DNA of 64,000 nt, taken from NCBI GenBank assembly GCA_009914755.4, contig CP068257.2:42368001-42432000 (forward strand), in the 5' to 3' direction. The stretch is from the human T2T-CHM13v2.0 reference genome, Homo sapiens. This document shows, one piece after another, positions 50,190-64,000 of this stretch. Each line of letters opens with the position of its first letter. Position 1 is the first letter of the stretch. A model generated the notes under the pieces. The model was not told where the DNA came from. It worked only from the letters and a program-made list of their open reading frames with translations, and searched no databases. The translations under genes were made by a program, and so were the position numbers.

Positions 50190-50365
50190 GGGCTGGGCTG
50201 GTACAGGGCTGGGTCCACTCCACACTGCTGGGTGCTCCAATAGCCCTGAGGATGCTGGTGCAGGGGCTGGGCCAGCGGGTCCACTCCACACTGCTGGGTG
50301 CTCCAATAGCCCTGAGGATGCTGGTGCAGGGGCTGGGCTGGCAGGTCCACACCACACCACTATGC
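50190..50365. repeat. 66-bp minisatellite-like tandem repeat, about 2.3 copies, in intron 6.
   Basis: The unit gggtccactccacactgctgggtgctccaatagccctgaggatgctggtgcaggggctgggc(c/t)(a/g)gc(g/a) occurs at ~50211 and ~50277, with a partial third copy. A small gctggtacagggctgg duplication sits just upstream. Confidence 0.8.
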
Positions 50366-51151
50366 GCTCCCCGGGTCTGAGGAGAAGCTCACGTCAGTGA
50401 AGGGAGCGTTTAACCATGCCAGGATGCCACGTAGGAATGAACTGGTTATGACACCTCTCTGTTGAAGTGAGAAAAATAGATTCAAAGATTTTTTTCAATA
50501 ATGATTGATGGACTTGTTATTATACATTGTTATGCTTATTTTAAGATCATATTTGAGTCTTAGGGATGTAAGTAAACCTCTGGGAGCCTTGCTGAAATTT
50601 TCGACAAGCAGTAATTCTTTTTCCTTCTATGTGCTGCTACCAAGTCCTCCCTGTCCCTTCCTCCAGGAGCTTGACTCAGGGACGTGACGTGGTTGAGTTA
50701 GGGAAATAAGGAAGGAATATGTAATCTAAGGAAGACCAAAAAACACCAGGATGGTCAGAGCAGGCTGCACTCCAGCCCACAGGTAAAGATAAGGAAGCCC
50801 AGCCCCGCTGCAGCCTAAGACTAGAGCCCTCCCTCGGCCTGAGACAGAGCCTGAGCTCCCCTAACCATGTAGCCTGTCTGTCTCTGGGTGACTTCCCAAC
50901 CTGTTCAGCTCCCGCCCATGACTTTCTGGGCATGGTAGGGTGGTGTGCCTTGTTGCCTGGGTCACGTTACCCTCAGCTCGGCTGTCAGTGCTGGGAGCCG
51001 AATGCATCACTAGACCACAGGGGGTGGGCCAGTGTTCATAGAAAAACTGGTTATGAAGCTGCCTGTTTGCCCACCATCCTCAGCCTGAGCAGGAAGCTCA
51101 GGAAGGTGAAGTACCTGCAATCAGCACCTTTCATGATGTGTGTTTGTTTAG

Positions 51152-51399
51152 ATGGTGCCAACTGGCTGACTTTTTTCTGCCAGCCAGTGAAGAGCTGGAA
51201 CGGATTGATCCTCCGAAAACCCATAGATATGGAGAAGCGGGAATCGATCCAGAGGCGAGAAGCCACCCTGTTAGATCTGCGCAGTTACCTGTTCTCTCGC
51301 CAGTGCACCTTGCTGCTCTTCCTGCAGAGGCCGTGGGAGGTGGCCCAGCGCGCCCTAGAGCTGCTGCACAACTGCGTGCAGGAACTGAAGCTCTTAGAA
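51152..51399 (+). CDS. TRAPPC10: Coding exon 7 (248 nt), (D)GANWLTFFCQPVKSWNGLILRKPIDMEKRESIQRREATLLDLRSYLFSRQCTLLLFLQRPWEVAQRALELLHNCVQELKLLE.
   Basis: Acceptor gtttgtttag|AT and donor GAA|gtgagt. Lies inside the track ORF 50932..51465 in the same frame. Confidence 0.85.
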
Positions 51400-51914
51400 G
51401 TGAGTCGGCTGTTTTCCCAATTTACCCGTTTCTTGATTGTTCCAGCAGAAATCTCTGAACCTTGAGATCCCAGGCATTGAACTGTTTGTGCTTAAGAAAG
51501 GGTTTTCTTTTCTGAATGCCTTTAATTTTCAGTATATTGTTTGCTTAGTTACTTTTTACGTTGATAAATTGCTCAAAAATAGAACTCTGTTCTCAACATG
51601 CTGGAGTTTGTGCCGGTCCAGAGCAAGCCTCTTAGATGAGCTTCTCAGTGAAGCTCACTGGCTGACTGCGGCCTGTGCTGCTGCGTGAGCTGTCTCCACG
51701 GGGAAGAGTCACTCACCTGAGGGACACGCAGAGCTAGATTTTGCATGTAGACATTTATTTTATTTCAGACACTTATGTCATGTAGACATTTATTTATTTG
51801 TCTTTTCAGATAAATAGTTTTGCACATGGCCATGCAGGTAGCAATGTGAGTGACACACAGCAGGCTGTGCCCCATTGATTAGTAGTACGGAGCTTCATGG
51901 AAGATATGTCATAA

Positions 51915-51916
<2 letters not shown>

Positions 51917-51955
<39 letters not shown>

Positions 51956-51963
51956 TGTGAGAA
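51917..51963. repeat. (GT)n microsatellite
   Basis: atgtgtgtgt...gtgagtgtgag. Confidence 0.9.
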
Positions 51964-54900
51964 TGTAGTTAGTAAAACATTTGCCCTTAGAGATAAATTC
52001 ACCCAAGCACTGAACTCTTACTGTCCATAGAACCACGGACATTGTAGTGAGATGAAAGGACTGTAGAGACCGTATCTAGTCTGGTGATTCTTGTTTCAGG
52101 GTCCTCTTTACCCAAAACAATTCACACACACACAAAATGATACTTACGACCTGAGGATTTGTGTACATCCCTGCCACCCATCCCCTGGTTAAGATCTCCT
52201 GAGTGAGTGGTCTCTGATGCTGTTTTGTAAACAAGAAAACGGAGTCTGGAAGTGATTAGGTCTGAAGAGTATAAGCCATTGATGGGGACGGTGTTTCATA
52301 ATATAGGAACTTATTTTTGTGTGCTTGGTTTAAAATAATTTTAAGAGATTTAAACTTTAATTAATGAAGAGAAATATATTTTAGTTAATTTCAAAAGGAG
52401 AAGTTCTTATTTCAGAGCTAAGCTCATTAGTACCTAGCCCAAGTCACAAACTCAGAAACTTAAGAATTTTTATCAAATGATTTTTCTTCACCTAATGAAG
52501 CAAATGAGGAAAAGAAACATTTTCCACCTCGAAATGACCCTCTGGGCTGCCTGTAATCACCTGGATTTAGAGACTCTGCCTGGGTTGCTCAGCCCTAACT
52601 GCAGGTTGGGGACGGGGCTGTGAGGGAACCATTCACTCCTAGAGCCGGGCTCTCTGTTCATGTGTACCTAGGGATTTCACCTGATGTTGAGATTTTTGTC
52701 TTACTAGCCGGGAGGGGGGAAAATTGAAGTATTCAAGTCCAAATGATTCAGACATGATGTCTTCTGAGTGAGACGACCCCAGGAGGCTGATTGGAGAGGG
52801 CTGTTAGTTTTGTTATTACCTTGTGGCTGGAAGGAGAAATGTGTAAGTAATAGAGGGTGTGGGCTCTGGAGTTCCCTTGTAGCGTCGGGGTTCACAGGAG
52901 CCATACGGGGTCTGTTGGCTCCTCTAGGTGCTCGTCTGCAGGGCCGGGAAGTCACAGGTATTTTCAAGGCTTTGTATCGTGTGAGGAGCCTCTTATCCGT
53001 GGTGTATTTTCCGAGCCCTTTGCTTTGCTGAATGAAGTTGTTGTCCCCTTGGCCTTTCCTTGAGTGGAAGCTGCCCCATTGCTTTTAGTCATAGCTATTG
53101 CACCTCTTTGCACGGTTGAGTTCTGCATCTCCAGTGAGAGGAGGTGGCCAAAGGTGAATGCTGGATTTGAGGCAAGGACGTGTCACCCACTGATGACTTT
53201 CTCACAGTCTGTCAGTCTCTTTCCTTCTAAGAACCCGCTTCCTGTTTCGTCATCTTCTGATGCACACAGCTGGCTGCGCCTCCTTACATGCGCTGTGCCT
53301 GTCGGCTTCCCAGGCCAGAGAGGACAGCCTCCCTTGTCGCTTGTGTTGAAGCCCACACAATCCTCTTTGCACACTTTGCACCTGTGTTTGATCAACACTG
53401 AGATTCACACTGTTTACTTAGAGGGCTTCGCTGGTAACTTCACGTCAGAAGTGTTTCTCTTTCTCTCCTTTTTTCTAAATTTTTAAATTTTTTGGTAGAG
53501 ATGAGTGTCTCACTGTGTCGCCCAGGCTGGTCTGGAACTTCCGGGCTCAAGTGATCTTCCCTGCTCCCCTCCCAAAGTGCTGGGATTACAGGTCTGAGCT
53601 GCCCGTGGCTGTGTTTTTCTCTCTTGTGCAGTAGTTTTTACTCCAGTCTAGTTGTTAGGATTTTTTGGTGAGAGTCAGGTTTTAGGGCTACAGTTGAGCA
53701 GAGGCCAGGGGGTAGGTGTGCCACTGTCAGTTGCAGATCCCACTGTCCCACTTTCGAGTGGGTGGCTTATAAAACATGTCCTGCTAACATCCTGGTTGCT
53801 TTACCAGTTGATTTGAAGTACCTCATTTATTTAAAGAGAATAGGAGGCAACGAAGTGGCCAGCTGTGATGGAAACTAGCCCTGCTCTGTAGTAGGGCTTG
53901 ATCCACACTCCAGGGGCGACGGGGGCTGAGGAGGGGAGCAAGACGGCCGGATAGAGGCCTCTGCCCTGTGGGTGCTGCTTACTAGCCTTGCGCACTCCCT
54001 TAATGGAAAATGTGTTAAGAATGGAGATTGTGCCTACCTTGCACAGCTGGCTGCTGGGGTGAGCGGTAACACCCGTGAAGTGAGGCCAGTTCTGCGTGAG
54101 TTCAGGATCCTCCTTGACAGAGTATTTCCTTTTTTTTTCTGTAACAATTTCTAATTTTCCCTCCATTTACAAAAGTTGAATGTTTTCTTTATGTAAATTT
54201 GGAAAATAACAGACAAATATACGAAGAAAATGTCGTTGCTTTTGCTAGCAGGAAGAGGTTCCCTTTTTTTGTCCATGGCCTTCTTATGTATAGATGAACT
54301 GCAGTTATTTCCTTGCTCCTATTTGGACATTTGAATTCTTCAAAATTCTTTGCAATTGCAGCAGTTTGTATCCTTATACATACATCTTTGTGTGTAAATT
54401 CATACAAGTAGAATTGGAAGGTCGAAGATAGACATGTTTTTAAAGCTATATGTTGTTAATTTGTCCTCCAGAAAGGTCTTCCCATTTTCAGTCATGCTAG
54501 TGATGCCTGTTTTCCTGCACCTTTGGTAAGAAAAAAGTATGATACTTATATATTTTGTCGCCAAATTAGAAGAACGGGGAAGATACTTTCTTGAAGGCCA
54601 TAATGTGTTTGTTACAATGATTGCCCAAGTGATTTTTTGGGGGGGTTTGGAATGTGTTTCATTCAGCGTTTGACCTTTTATCACCTTAGCTGCTGGTTAT
54701 GTAACAGACCGTGTGGGCCTAGCAGGGTCAGGACTCCTCCAGACCCCAGGGGAGTCACCAGCCTAGCCTGTGGCACGGAGGAACCGTGCATGGGACGCCG
54801 TCGGAGTTAGCTGGCCGGTTTGTGAACAGAGGCTGTGTGTGGCCAACCTGCAGGTTGAACCAGAGGAAGAAGAAGGTTTACAGTCAAAGCTGGCCAGCTG

Positions 54901-55454
54901 GGATCGGTATTCTGAGGTGCAGGCCTGGCAGAGGACAAAGGCAGAGATGTAGTGTGGGAATGTAGATTGTGTTTGCTGAGGGCTTACAGTGTACCCGACA
55001 CCCTGCTGGGTGGGTGCTCTCATGTGTAGGTGGAGGATCTTGTGCACCCATGAGCCATGAGGGGGAGGAGCTGGATTGAAGGAGGAGGGGTGGTTGTGAG
55101 AGCTGTTGCTGAAGAAGAACTGATGGCTCACTGGACAAAAGGAAAGAGAGGACTGTCAAGAATCATTCAAGAAACGTTTCCTTGCCTGCCAGGCACTGTG
55201 GGAGACAGGGATGGGGGTGCACATAAATGAAGAGGAAAGGGCCCCACCTACCGGCATGAGGTGCCACGGGTCATCAGCACAGTGTCCAAGTAGTGACGAA
55301 GTGTTGTCTGCACACAGGGGACTGTAAGGGAGGGAAAGGCAGCTTTGCCGGATGCCTCAGGTCAGCTTGGTAAACATTTGCAGGTGCCTGATAGGTGCTA
55401 GGGAAGCTTTCTAGAGGAGGCCCTATGTGAACTCCATTAAAAAGATTCATTCAG

Positions 55455-55756
<302 letters not shown>

Positions 55757-56224
55757 TCACTTATCAGATCTTCATTGAGCTTCTGTTTTGTGCCAACCAT
55801 TGTGGTAGGCACTGTATTTTCAGCAGAGAGTGAAATAGAATTCCTGGCCTTATGAAGCTTACGTGCTAAGGAATGAGTAGGGGGAGTAAGAACTCACCAG
55901 GTAGATGTGACTGCTGGTGGCGCGGGAGAGTGCGTTTCAGGTGGAGAAGATGGTGTTATTGAAGGTGCTCTGGAGGAGCCTGGTCTTGCTAGAACTTCAG
56001 GGGTGAGGCAGGCTTTGGGGGCAATGAAGGGAAATTCTGAAGTTCTTTGTGTGTCACGTTGAAGCTTGCCCTTTGTTCTGTAGCCAGTAGGGAGCCATGA
56101 AAGGTTAGGACCTAGTGAGGCAGAGGGCAGAGAGAGGCAGAGAGAGGTGAAGAGTTTGGAAACTTCTGCCATAGTCCAAGGGAAAAGACGGAGTTCCAAA
56201 AGGCAGTTGAGGTAGATTTTATTT

Positions 56225-56515
<291 letters not shown>

Positions 56516-57514
56516 GGCAGATTTTAAATAAATAGGTTCAAGAAAAATTTAGTGAATTGATGGTTCTGGGTCCACTGGATATCCATATATAAAAACAAAT
56601 CTTGATCTCACCCCATAAACAAAATTAATTCCAGGTGGAGTTTTGATCTAAACATGAAAAATAAAATAAGAAAACTCTTGAAGATAACTTGGGAAAATGT
56701 CTTTGGGACCTTAAGGTTGGCAAATATTCCTTAAATAGGACATGAAACCTTTATGGTTATGCACCAGCCGTGAAGGAAGAGGGTCCTGCATTAGACTACG
56801 TAAACATCAGTGCTTCTCTTCACTGAAAGGTACTCTGAAGGGAGTGAAAAGGCCCTCCGCAGCTTGGAAGAGTACAACCAGTATATATAGACAAGAAAGG
56901 GCCCTTACTCCAGGGCGTACTGTGAAGAACTCACATACATCAATGCAGAAAGACTGACAAACCAGTAGAAAAACAGGCAAGAGAGGAAATCCAAATGGCC
57001 GATAAACATGAAAAGGGGCTCAGTCTCATGAATCATAGCAAAATGCAAACTGAAGCCATTATTAATGAAGTACCAGCACACACCACCAGAATGGCCAGGA
57101 TGGAAAGGCTTTCCTCGGGTATCAGTGGGAGGGTGGAGATGCTGGCGCTCATTCACTGATGGTAGTGTGCATCACTGGGACCACTTTGGAAGGCTGTTTG
57201 CGATATCTAATGGGTATCGCCATTACAACACATGCCCCGTGACCCAGCACATCCACCCCTGGTGTGTACAGATACATGCACACACACATGCATCAGAAGG
57301 CAAGTACACAGAGATACCTGTGGCACCCGTGAGTCATTGGAGCTGCAAACGGGGAAGAACTCAAATGTTCATCTTGTCCAAGGGATGACAACGTTGCACC
57401 GTGGCCCTGTAGTGTGCTAGGGTACAGTGATGAACGTGAATGGGTCGTAGTGGATGACTCTAACCAACCTGAAGTTGAGCTAAAGAAGTTAGACACAAGA
57501 GAAGGCATACTTTT

Positions 57515-57614
57515 TTTTTTTTTCTGAGATGGAGTCTTGCTCTGTTTCCCAGGCTGGAGTGCAGTGGCGTGATCTTGGCTCACTGCAACCTCTGCCTCCC
57601 GGGTTGAAGCGATA
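57515..57614 (-). mobile_element. 100-bp Alu fragment (tail plus distal right arm) flanked by the TSD aagaga(a/g)ggcatacttttt
   Basis: Poly-T, then ctgagatggagtcttgctctgtttcccaggctggagtgcagtggcgtgatcttggctcactgcaacctctgcctcccgggttgaagcgat. The direct repeat is at 57497-57515 and 57616-57634. Confidence 0.8.
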
Positions 57615-60079
57615 AGAGAGGGCATACTTTTTGATTCCTTGTGTCTGAAGTTCACGGTGAAGCTACACCAGTCTGCTGTGAGCTCTCTGGCAGGTGGAGG
57701 GGCTGGTGACTGGCAGGGAGTTCCAGCGGGAGCTGCCTTCACGGGAGGCATAGCAGGCGTTCACCTAGGACTCATGTACCTTCCAGTGTGTGGGTTGCAC
57801 TCAAGTGGTAGGGGTATCAAAAGAGAGAAGAACAAGAATGCCTTTAATTTTATACTTGGAAGTGGCAAGATGGCACTTGCCATTGCTAATACAGCAATCA
57901 GGAGAGGAGGAGGGACTTTAAGGAAAATTAATATAAATTAAGAATTTGTTTAAGAAGTCTGTTATTCACAAAAGATGATATCCAGATGGCCAAGAGGTAT
58001 CTGATGGCCCATTAGGGAAATGTGAGTTTTCTGGAGACGGTGAGGCCACCACCCGGTTCCAGAGTGAGGTGACCAAGCTGCACGCTCTGCCATTCAGTCT
58101 CAGGCTCTCAGGGCAGAGCGGAGGCTTGGTCTTTGTTGTGTTGGGTGCTGTGGCATGCTGGGTGGCAGATGCCACCATAGAGGCATGGCCTTCGTGCTGT
58201 TGGCTGAGGTGCCCATTTTCTGTGTCGGCCACCATTTAGGAGCAAGGGGCTGACATTTGTTTGGACGACTCAAAGCCATGAAGCCATGGCTGCAGAACAA
58301 TTGCTCTTTTCCAGAGTTTGTGAGACTCTTGTTTTTTATTCTCAAGCTGCACTCTAATGGGTAAAATAAGCCAGGGTGGCTCTGGCACTCTCTGTCCCCT
58401 TCCCCCGAGCTCTTGCGTCTCTGCTGCAGGGATGCTGGTGGGAGAAGAGTGCTGGCACTGCCTGTGTTCTGCTGTGAGTAGCCTGGCGCACTTGGGCCTG
58501 GGGGCGTCTTCGGACCCTGAGAAGTCATCCCTCCGTTGAGGCAGGGGTAACATTGCAAATAGCTTTACCCATAGTAGCCAAACACTGGAAACAACCCAGA
58601 CACTTGATAGGAGTGGATAAATAAACTGTGGCCAACTTGTAGAAAGGTTTAATAAGCAGCAGTGAAAAAGAACAGGCCGACAGACTCAGCAAGGTTGAAT
58701 CTTAAAGATACTGTGTGGAATTAAAGAAGCCCCATGCACAAAGGAGGACATGCTGTGTGATTTCATTATATGAAGTTCACAAATCAGCCAGAAGGAATTG
58801 ATGGTGGCCGAAGTCAGGAGCCGGGTGCCTCTTTGGGGTGGATCTTGACCGGGAAAAGGGACTTGAGAGAACCTTCTAGGATAATTTTATTTCTTGATTA
58901 GGTGGTGGTTACATTTGTAAAAATCATCGACCTCTAAATTTAGGGTTTGTGCCCTTCACATACCTTGTTGTATGCATTTTGCCACTTGTTTTTTCAAAGC
59001 AATGAAAAAGTATCACTGCAATTAGGTTTTAAATAAATTTGTTTCGTTAACATGTCTGGAAGTCTTAGATGTCTTACTGTGGAAGGTCTCGCTGCTGTGG
59101 AGCCCACCTCTTTCAGGCCCTCTAAAGTATAGAGAAGAAGCAGAGTGCTCGGCCCCCTTTGGGGTGTTACCTGGGGTTTGGGTGGGAGCTAAGAGACACA
59201 CACAGTAAGTAGTAACATACGAGGCAGGCGGCTCTGCAAGGCGGCACTGCAGAAAGGGTTGTGTATGCCACATCATATGCCAAATTCACATGCATGTCTT
59301 TTTTTCCCCATAAAAACTGAAATTTTAAAATGATCTGTGATAGGAAATACAGGGAGCTGTGATTCTCCTGGGAAATAAAGGCACTTAGAGCATGGAGCCG
59401 GTGAGAACTCGCAGCGGAGACCAGAGCAGGCCCGGGGGAGGCTTTGCACTTTGGGAGGTGTGAGTTCCAGAGGGAGGGGTGGCCGAGCTCACCTTCAGGT
59501 TTCTGTTATTCAGTGAAAGCCTGCCCTTGTTCCTTGGCGTGGGTGTGTGCAGGACCTGCCTGCTCTCTCCCACCTCCTTCAGGATGGAAGTTGAAGGTGA
59601 AGTCTCAGCAGCCAGTGGCCAATGGGTGCCACTGGATTTTGTTGTTTGTACCCCAGAAAAGCTGCCGCTACCTGATGCTGCTACTTTTTTAATACTGTCG
59701 TTCAAGCTTACCAAAGCGGGACTTGCTCTTTGCAGGAAAAAAATATACAAAGAACTATTCTATAATCATGCCATGCAGTAATTAATGCCACTGTTGGCAT
59801 TTTGGTGGTATCATTTGGGAGCCTTTCTGGGGTGCACCTGTGCTGTCAGGTGGCGCCTCAGCTCTCGGCTGCTGCTGTTCCCTGCGGACTCAGTTCAGCG
59901 CCTGGTCGCGGAGCGGCCCTCGTGCCCTGGCTGCTCTTGCTTCTGCATCCAGCGTCCTCTGCCGCGGCTCCGCTGCTGTGGCTCCTGGGCTTTATCTCCC
60001 TTCTCTGTGGATGCATCTTTACCAAAAGCACTGTACGTCTTCCTGCTTTGTAAGAGTCTCTCGTGGTCTCCTAGGAGGT

Positions 60080-60377
60080 GTTTGTTTGTTTGTTTGTTTT
60101 GTGTTTCGCTATTGTTGCCCAGGCTGGAGTGCAATGGCATGATCTTGGCTCACCGCAACCTCCGCCTCCCGGGTTCAAATGATTCTCCTGTCTAAGCCTC
60201 TCGAGTAGCTGGGATTACAGGTGCATGCCACCACACCCGGCTAATTTTTGTATTTTTAGTAGAGATGGGGTTTCATCATATTGGTCAGGCTGGTCTCAAA
60301 CTCCTGACCTCAGGTGATCTGCCCACCTCGGCCTCCCAACGTGCTGAGATTACAGGCGTGAGCCACCGCGCCCGGCC
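60080..60377 (-). mobile_element. Alu SINE (AluS), antisense, with the TSD tctcctaggaggt
   Basis: (tttg)n tail, then gtgtttcgctattgttgcccaggctggagtgcaatggcatg...ggcgtgagccaccgcgcccggcc. A 13-bp direct repeat is present on both flanks. Confidence 0.9.
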
Positions 60378-61937
60378 TCTCCTAGGAGGTCTTTCTGTCA
60401 CCAGTGTGTGCCCAGGGGAGGTGCCTGTTTACAGAAGCTTTTGCGCAGTGGGTACTGATGGTGGTAGCGTCTTGGGAGATGAAAAGTATCCCAGATCTCC
60501 TGGCACCTGGGAACCAGGCGGGCCTGCAAGGTGCGGTCAGCCCGCTCCAGGCCTGCTGTGGTTTGACTGATGAGGACGCTCATCAATCGGAGGGACACGC
60601 TCTGTCCAGGATCTCAGAGCTGCTTCCTGCTGCCCCGCTTTTCTGTGCCTTCCCTCAGTGTGGTATGTTTGGGTGAGAGAGTTGTGCAGCTTTATGAAAG
60701 TGGCTTCCGATTATGCAGTTTTTGACCTACACTGATTTTTTTTTCCCAAAAGGTTTAAGTAGCTTATCTTATTTTTCAGAAGTTGGGCTTTTTAGCTTTT
60801 ATGGGAACATTTGATGGCACTCTTTGGTTCTTCCTTGTTGGTTCCAGGTCCTTTATTTGTGCTCAGGGTGCCTTGCAAGAGTTCTTATGGGAGTCAGTTT
60901 CCCCGGCATTGGCAGCTCATCACCTGTTGACTGGTGATTTGAAGAGCACAGGTGAACACATTTCACCAAAACTAGGACACATCATGAAGTCAGTGCCACC
61001 AGAGAAAAAGTCAGCATTGCCACTTAAAAGTGTAAGATGCCACTTGATTAAGAGAAACATTCCTATTTCAGAAGTGCTAAAATGTGGGGGAAAACTGCAT
61101 CTTATACAGCAGGCGATTTTGCTTTTCTGATAGTGTTTTCTTTTTTTTGTTTTTTAAGTGGAAAGGCTCAAGTAAATACAGAAGCAGAGAGGATAACATA
61201 ATTCCCATGTAGGACCCATGAACAGTTACAGTAGGCGCGGTACCTGGCCAGCCTCTACTTCATCTGCATCCTCGTTCACTTGCCCTGGGACGTTTTTCAA
61301 ATACAGACATTGGGTTTCACCTGTAAATACTGCAGTGTATAGGGAGCAATAGGGAGCTCTTTTTCCCAAACATAAATATACTGTCTTTATCACGCCTGAA
61401 GAGTGAACTGTAATTCCTCGTGTGATATTTCTACTCGGTATTCAGTTTCTGCTGTTGAACGTGATCTTTCTTAAATGTGACCAAGCAGTCATTTGAGGTC
61501 TTAGTTTTCCCTCCCCTCTTGACACTAATCTGTGGCCAATCCTCACTCTTGGAGTAAATGATCATATTTGGTCTTTTTCTAGGTTTTTCCTTTTTTTAAA
61601 AAAAAATTCTTTTTCTATATATATTTTTCAGATCTAGACCTGCAGAGGCTTTTTCTTAATAAGGTTTTCAAAAATACAATAATTGAAAGTTATACATAAA
61701 ACCTGATAACACATTTGAATATAGGTCACACTGCTTCTCTCTTCCCATGTGAATGTAGGTGATTAGTGTTCTTTGCCCCTTTCTCTCTCCTGTAGCTCTG
61801 CATATCACAGAACTGTTAGATGAGGTGGCTGCTTGAAGGATGGAGGGTTTTGCACGTTCAAGCTAGAGCATGTGGGTTTGTTCAAGCTAGAGCTGTCCCG
61901 GAGCACCCCTCACACGTTCGCATTTGCACCCCCACAG

Positions 61938-62084
61938 GTCTCTGTCCCACCTGGTGCTCTGGACTGCTGGGTGTTTCTGAGCTGTCTGGAGGTGTTGCAG
62001 AGGATAGAAGGCTGCTGTGACCGGGCACAGATCGACTCAAACATTGCCCACACTGTGGGGCTATGGAGCTATGCCACAGAAAAG
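61938..62084 (+). CDS. TRAPPC10: Coding exon 8 (147 nt), VSVPPGALDCWVFLSCLEVLQRIEGCCDRAQIDSNIAHTVGLWSYATEK.
   Basis: Acceptor cacccccacag|GTC and donor AAG|gtgcct. In frame with the track ORF 61833..62270. Confidence 0.85.
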
Positions 62085-62652
62085 GTGCCTACCTGCCCAA
62101 GTGTGGAATGCTCACGTTGTCTCTGCGGCCATGCCTGGGTGGCGGAGGAAGTCTGCTGTTTGGAGGAGAGGTGTTGCTCATTTAGATCACGATGCATCCA
62201 CTTTAGTGGCCCTAGAAGGTGTCTGGGTGCAGCCAAAGAAGTCATAGTTCCCTACCACATGTCGATGTAGTCAGCAGACAGCAAGCACTTGCTGTGCTCC
62301 TGTGAAATTGACTCTGTACCCTGAGTCGGGGGACACGAGGGTGGTGCTGAAATGTCAGCTCACCAGGCAGAGCTGTGCTGGTGTGTGCAGCAGGTAGGCT
62401 GGGCTTATGCAGGTGCAGGCGTAGCCTGGGGAACTCAGGGAGGTGAAGGACAGAAGCGGAGGATTCCCACCCTCCAAGCCTCACTGGGAGCTGTTGTGTA
62501 GGATGTATTTTTGTATCCAGATTTGAGTCATTGGGTAGGAAAGCTAAATTTCTTCTAGAATTTAGCTGGATTTGAATTTTTATATTTAAATTCTTGAATT
62601 CCCTGCTGACTCTTACGGCAAATTAATTGAAATTGTGGATTTATCTTAACAG

Positions 62653-62767
62653 TTAAAGTCCTTGGGCTATCTATGTGGACTTGTGTCAGAGAAAGGACCT
62701 AACTCAGAAGATCTCAACAGGACAGTTGACCTTTTGGCAGGTTTGGGAGCTGAGCGACCAGAAACAG
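62653..62767 (+). CDS. TRAPPC10: Coding exon 9 (115 nt), LKSLGYLCGLVSEKGPNSEDLNRTVDLLAGLGAERPET(+1 nt).
   Basis: Acceptor ttatcttaacag|TTA and donor ACAG|gtactt. The protein continues the previous exons. Later exons lie beyond the window. Confidence 0.8.
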
Positions 62768-63085
62768 GTACTTTTTTGTATATACCTGTGTGAGTGGTGA
62801 GGTGGACAGTAATGAAAATGTCCTTTGCAAGTTGGCACATTTAACCGAAGTTCTAAGAGTAATCATATTACTCACCATTTGGAAAATTATACCCATTGTT
62901 AGCTGACTGGATTAAAGCACATGATAGTTTACCTTTTAACAGCATAATGCAATATTAGAAATAGTTGAAGAAATTGGAAGGAGTTTCAGAAATGTAGCTG
63001 AGTTTCTCCTGGGCTTAAGGGACTTTATAGCTCATGTTCAAATGCACCACTGTCTCTCTGAATTACAGATGATCTGTTTTTCTAA

Positions 63086-63360
<275 letters not shown>

Positions 63361-63381
63361 GCAAATTTTTTAAAATAAATT

Positions 63382-63796
<415 letters not shown>

Positions 63797-64000
63797 TTAG
63801 TAAATTGAATAAATGTTTAAGGGAAAAAATACGTAGTATTTATATTTCATTGTTTCAACTTGAGACCATTTCAGATCACTTCGGAAGTAATTTAATTCAT
63901 CGGAGTATTTGTAATATATGTTTCTAAAAAAGTTTAGTTCTAAAGATCAGAGAAAAAGCATGACACAAAGCGTTTTGACTATTTTATGAATATGTGAATT

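Noticed and set aside
50932-51465. A 177-aa plus-strand ORF.
   Set aside because: It contains exon 7 (51152-51399) in frame, but the flanks are intron. The real exon boundaries are set by the acceptor at 51150-51151 and the donor at 51400.

Overview
This window is human nuclear DNA, not a prokaryotic or accessory-element region. It holds the 5' half of a plus-strand, multi-exon protein-coding gene. I recognise the gene as TRAPPC10 (TMEM1/EHOC-1, trafficking protein particle complex subunit 10, chr21q22.3) from memory of its N-terminal protein sequence. The same memory anchors the exon chaining, which is otherwise supported by acceptor/donor sequence and phase. There is a GC-rich, TATA-less CpG-island promoter at about 1..830. 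The coding start ATG is at 118. Nine coding exons are chained with consistent phase: 118..184, 19705..19786, 25407..25542, 39894..40090, 43312..43507, 46717..46828, 51152..51399, 61938..62084 and 62653..62767. Their conceptual splice product reads MDASEEPLPPVIYTMENKPIVTCAGDQNLF...GLGAERPET. About 20% of the window is primate SINE: roughly 45 Alu elements, 35 antisense to the gene and 9 sense. Several Alus are young AluY copies with intact target-site duplications. There are also two old L1-like fragments, several (GT)n/(CA)n microsatellites and two short minisatellite-like tandem repeats. Nearly all long ORFs in the six-frame track are Alu-derived, GC-rich intronic read-through, or antisense of real exons. 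I see no evidence of a novel biological system. Four things are worth a second look. A 65-bp tandem triplication copies the exon-3 5' splice site three times. An 8-codon uORF lies 12 nt upstream of the start codon. Inverted Alu pairs flank exon 5 or sit close together elsewhere. The intronic Alus show a strong antisense orientation bias.
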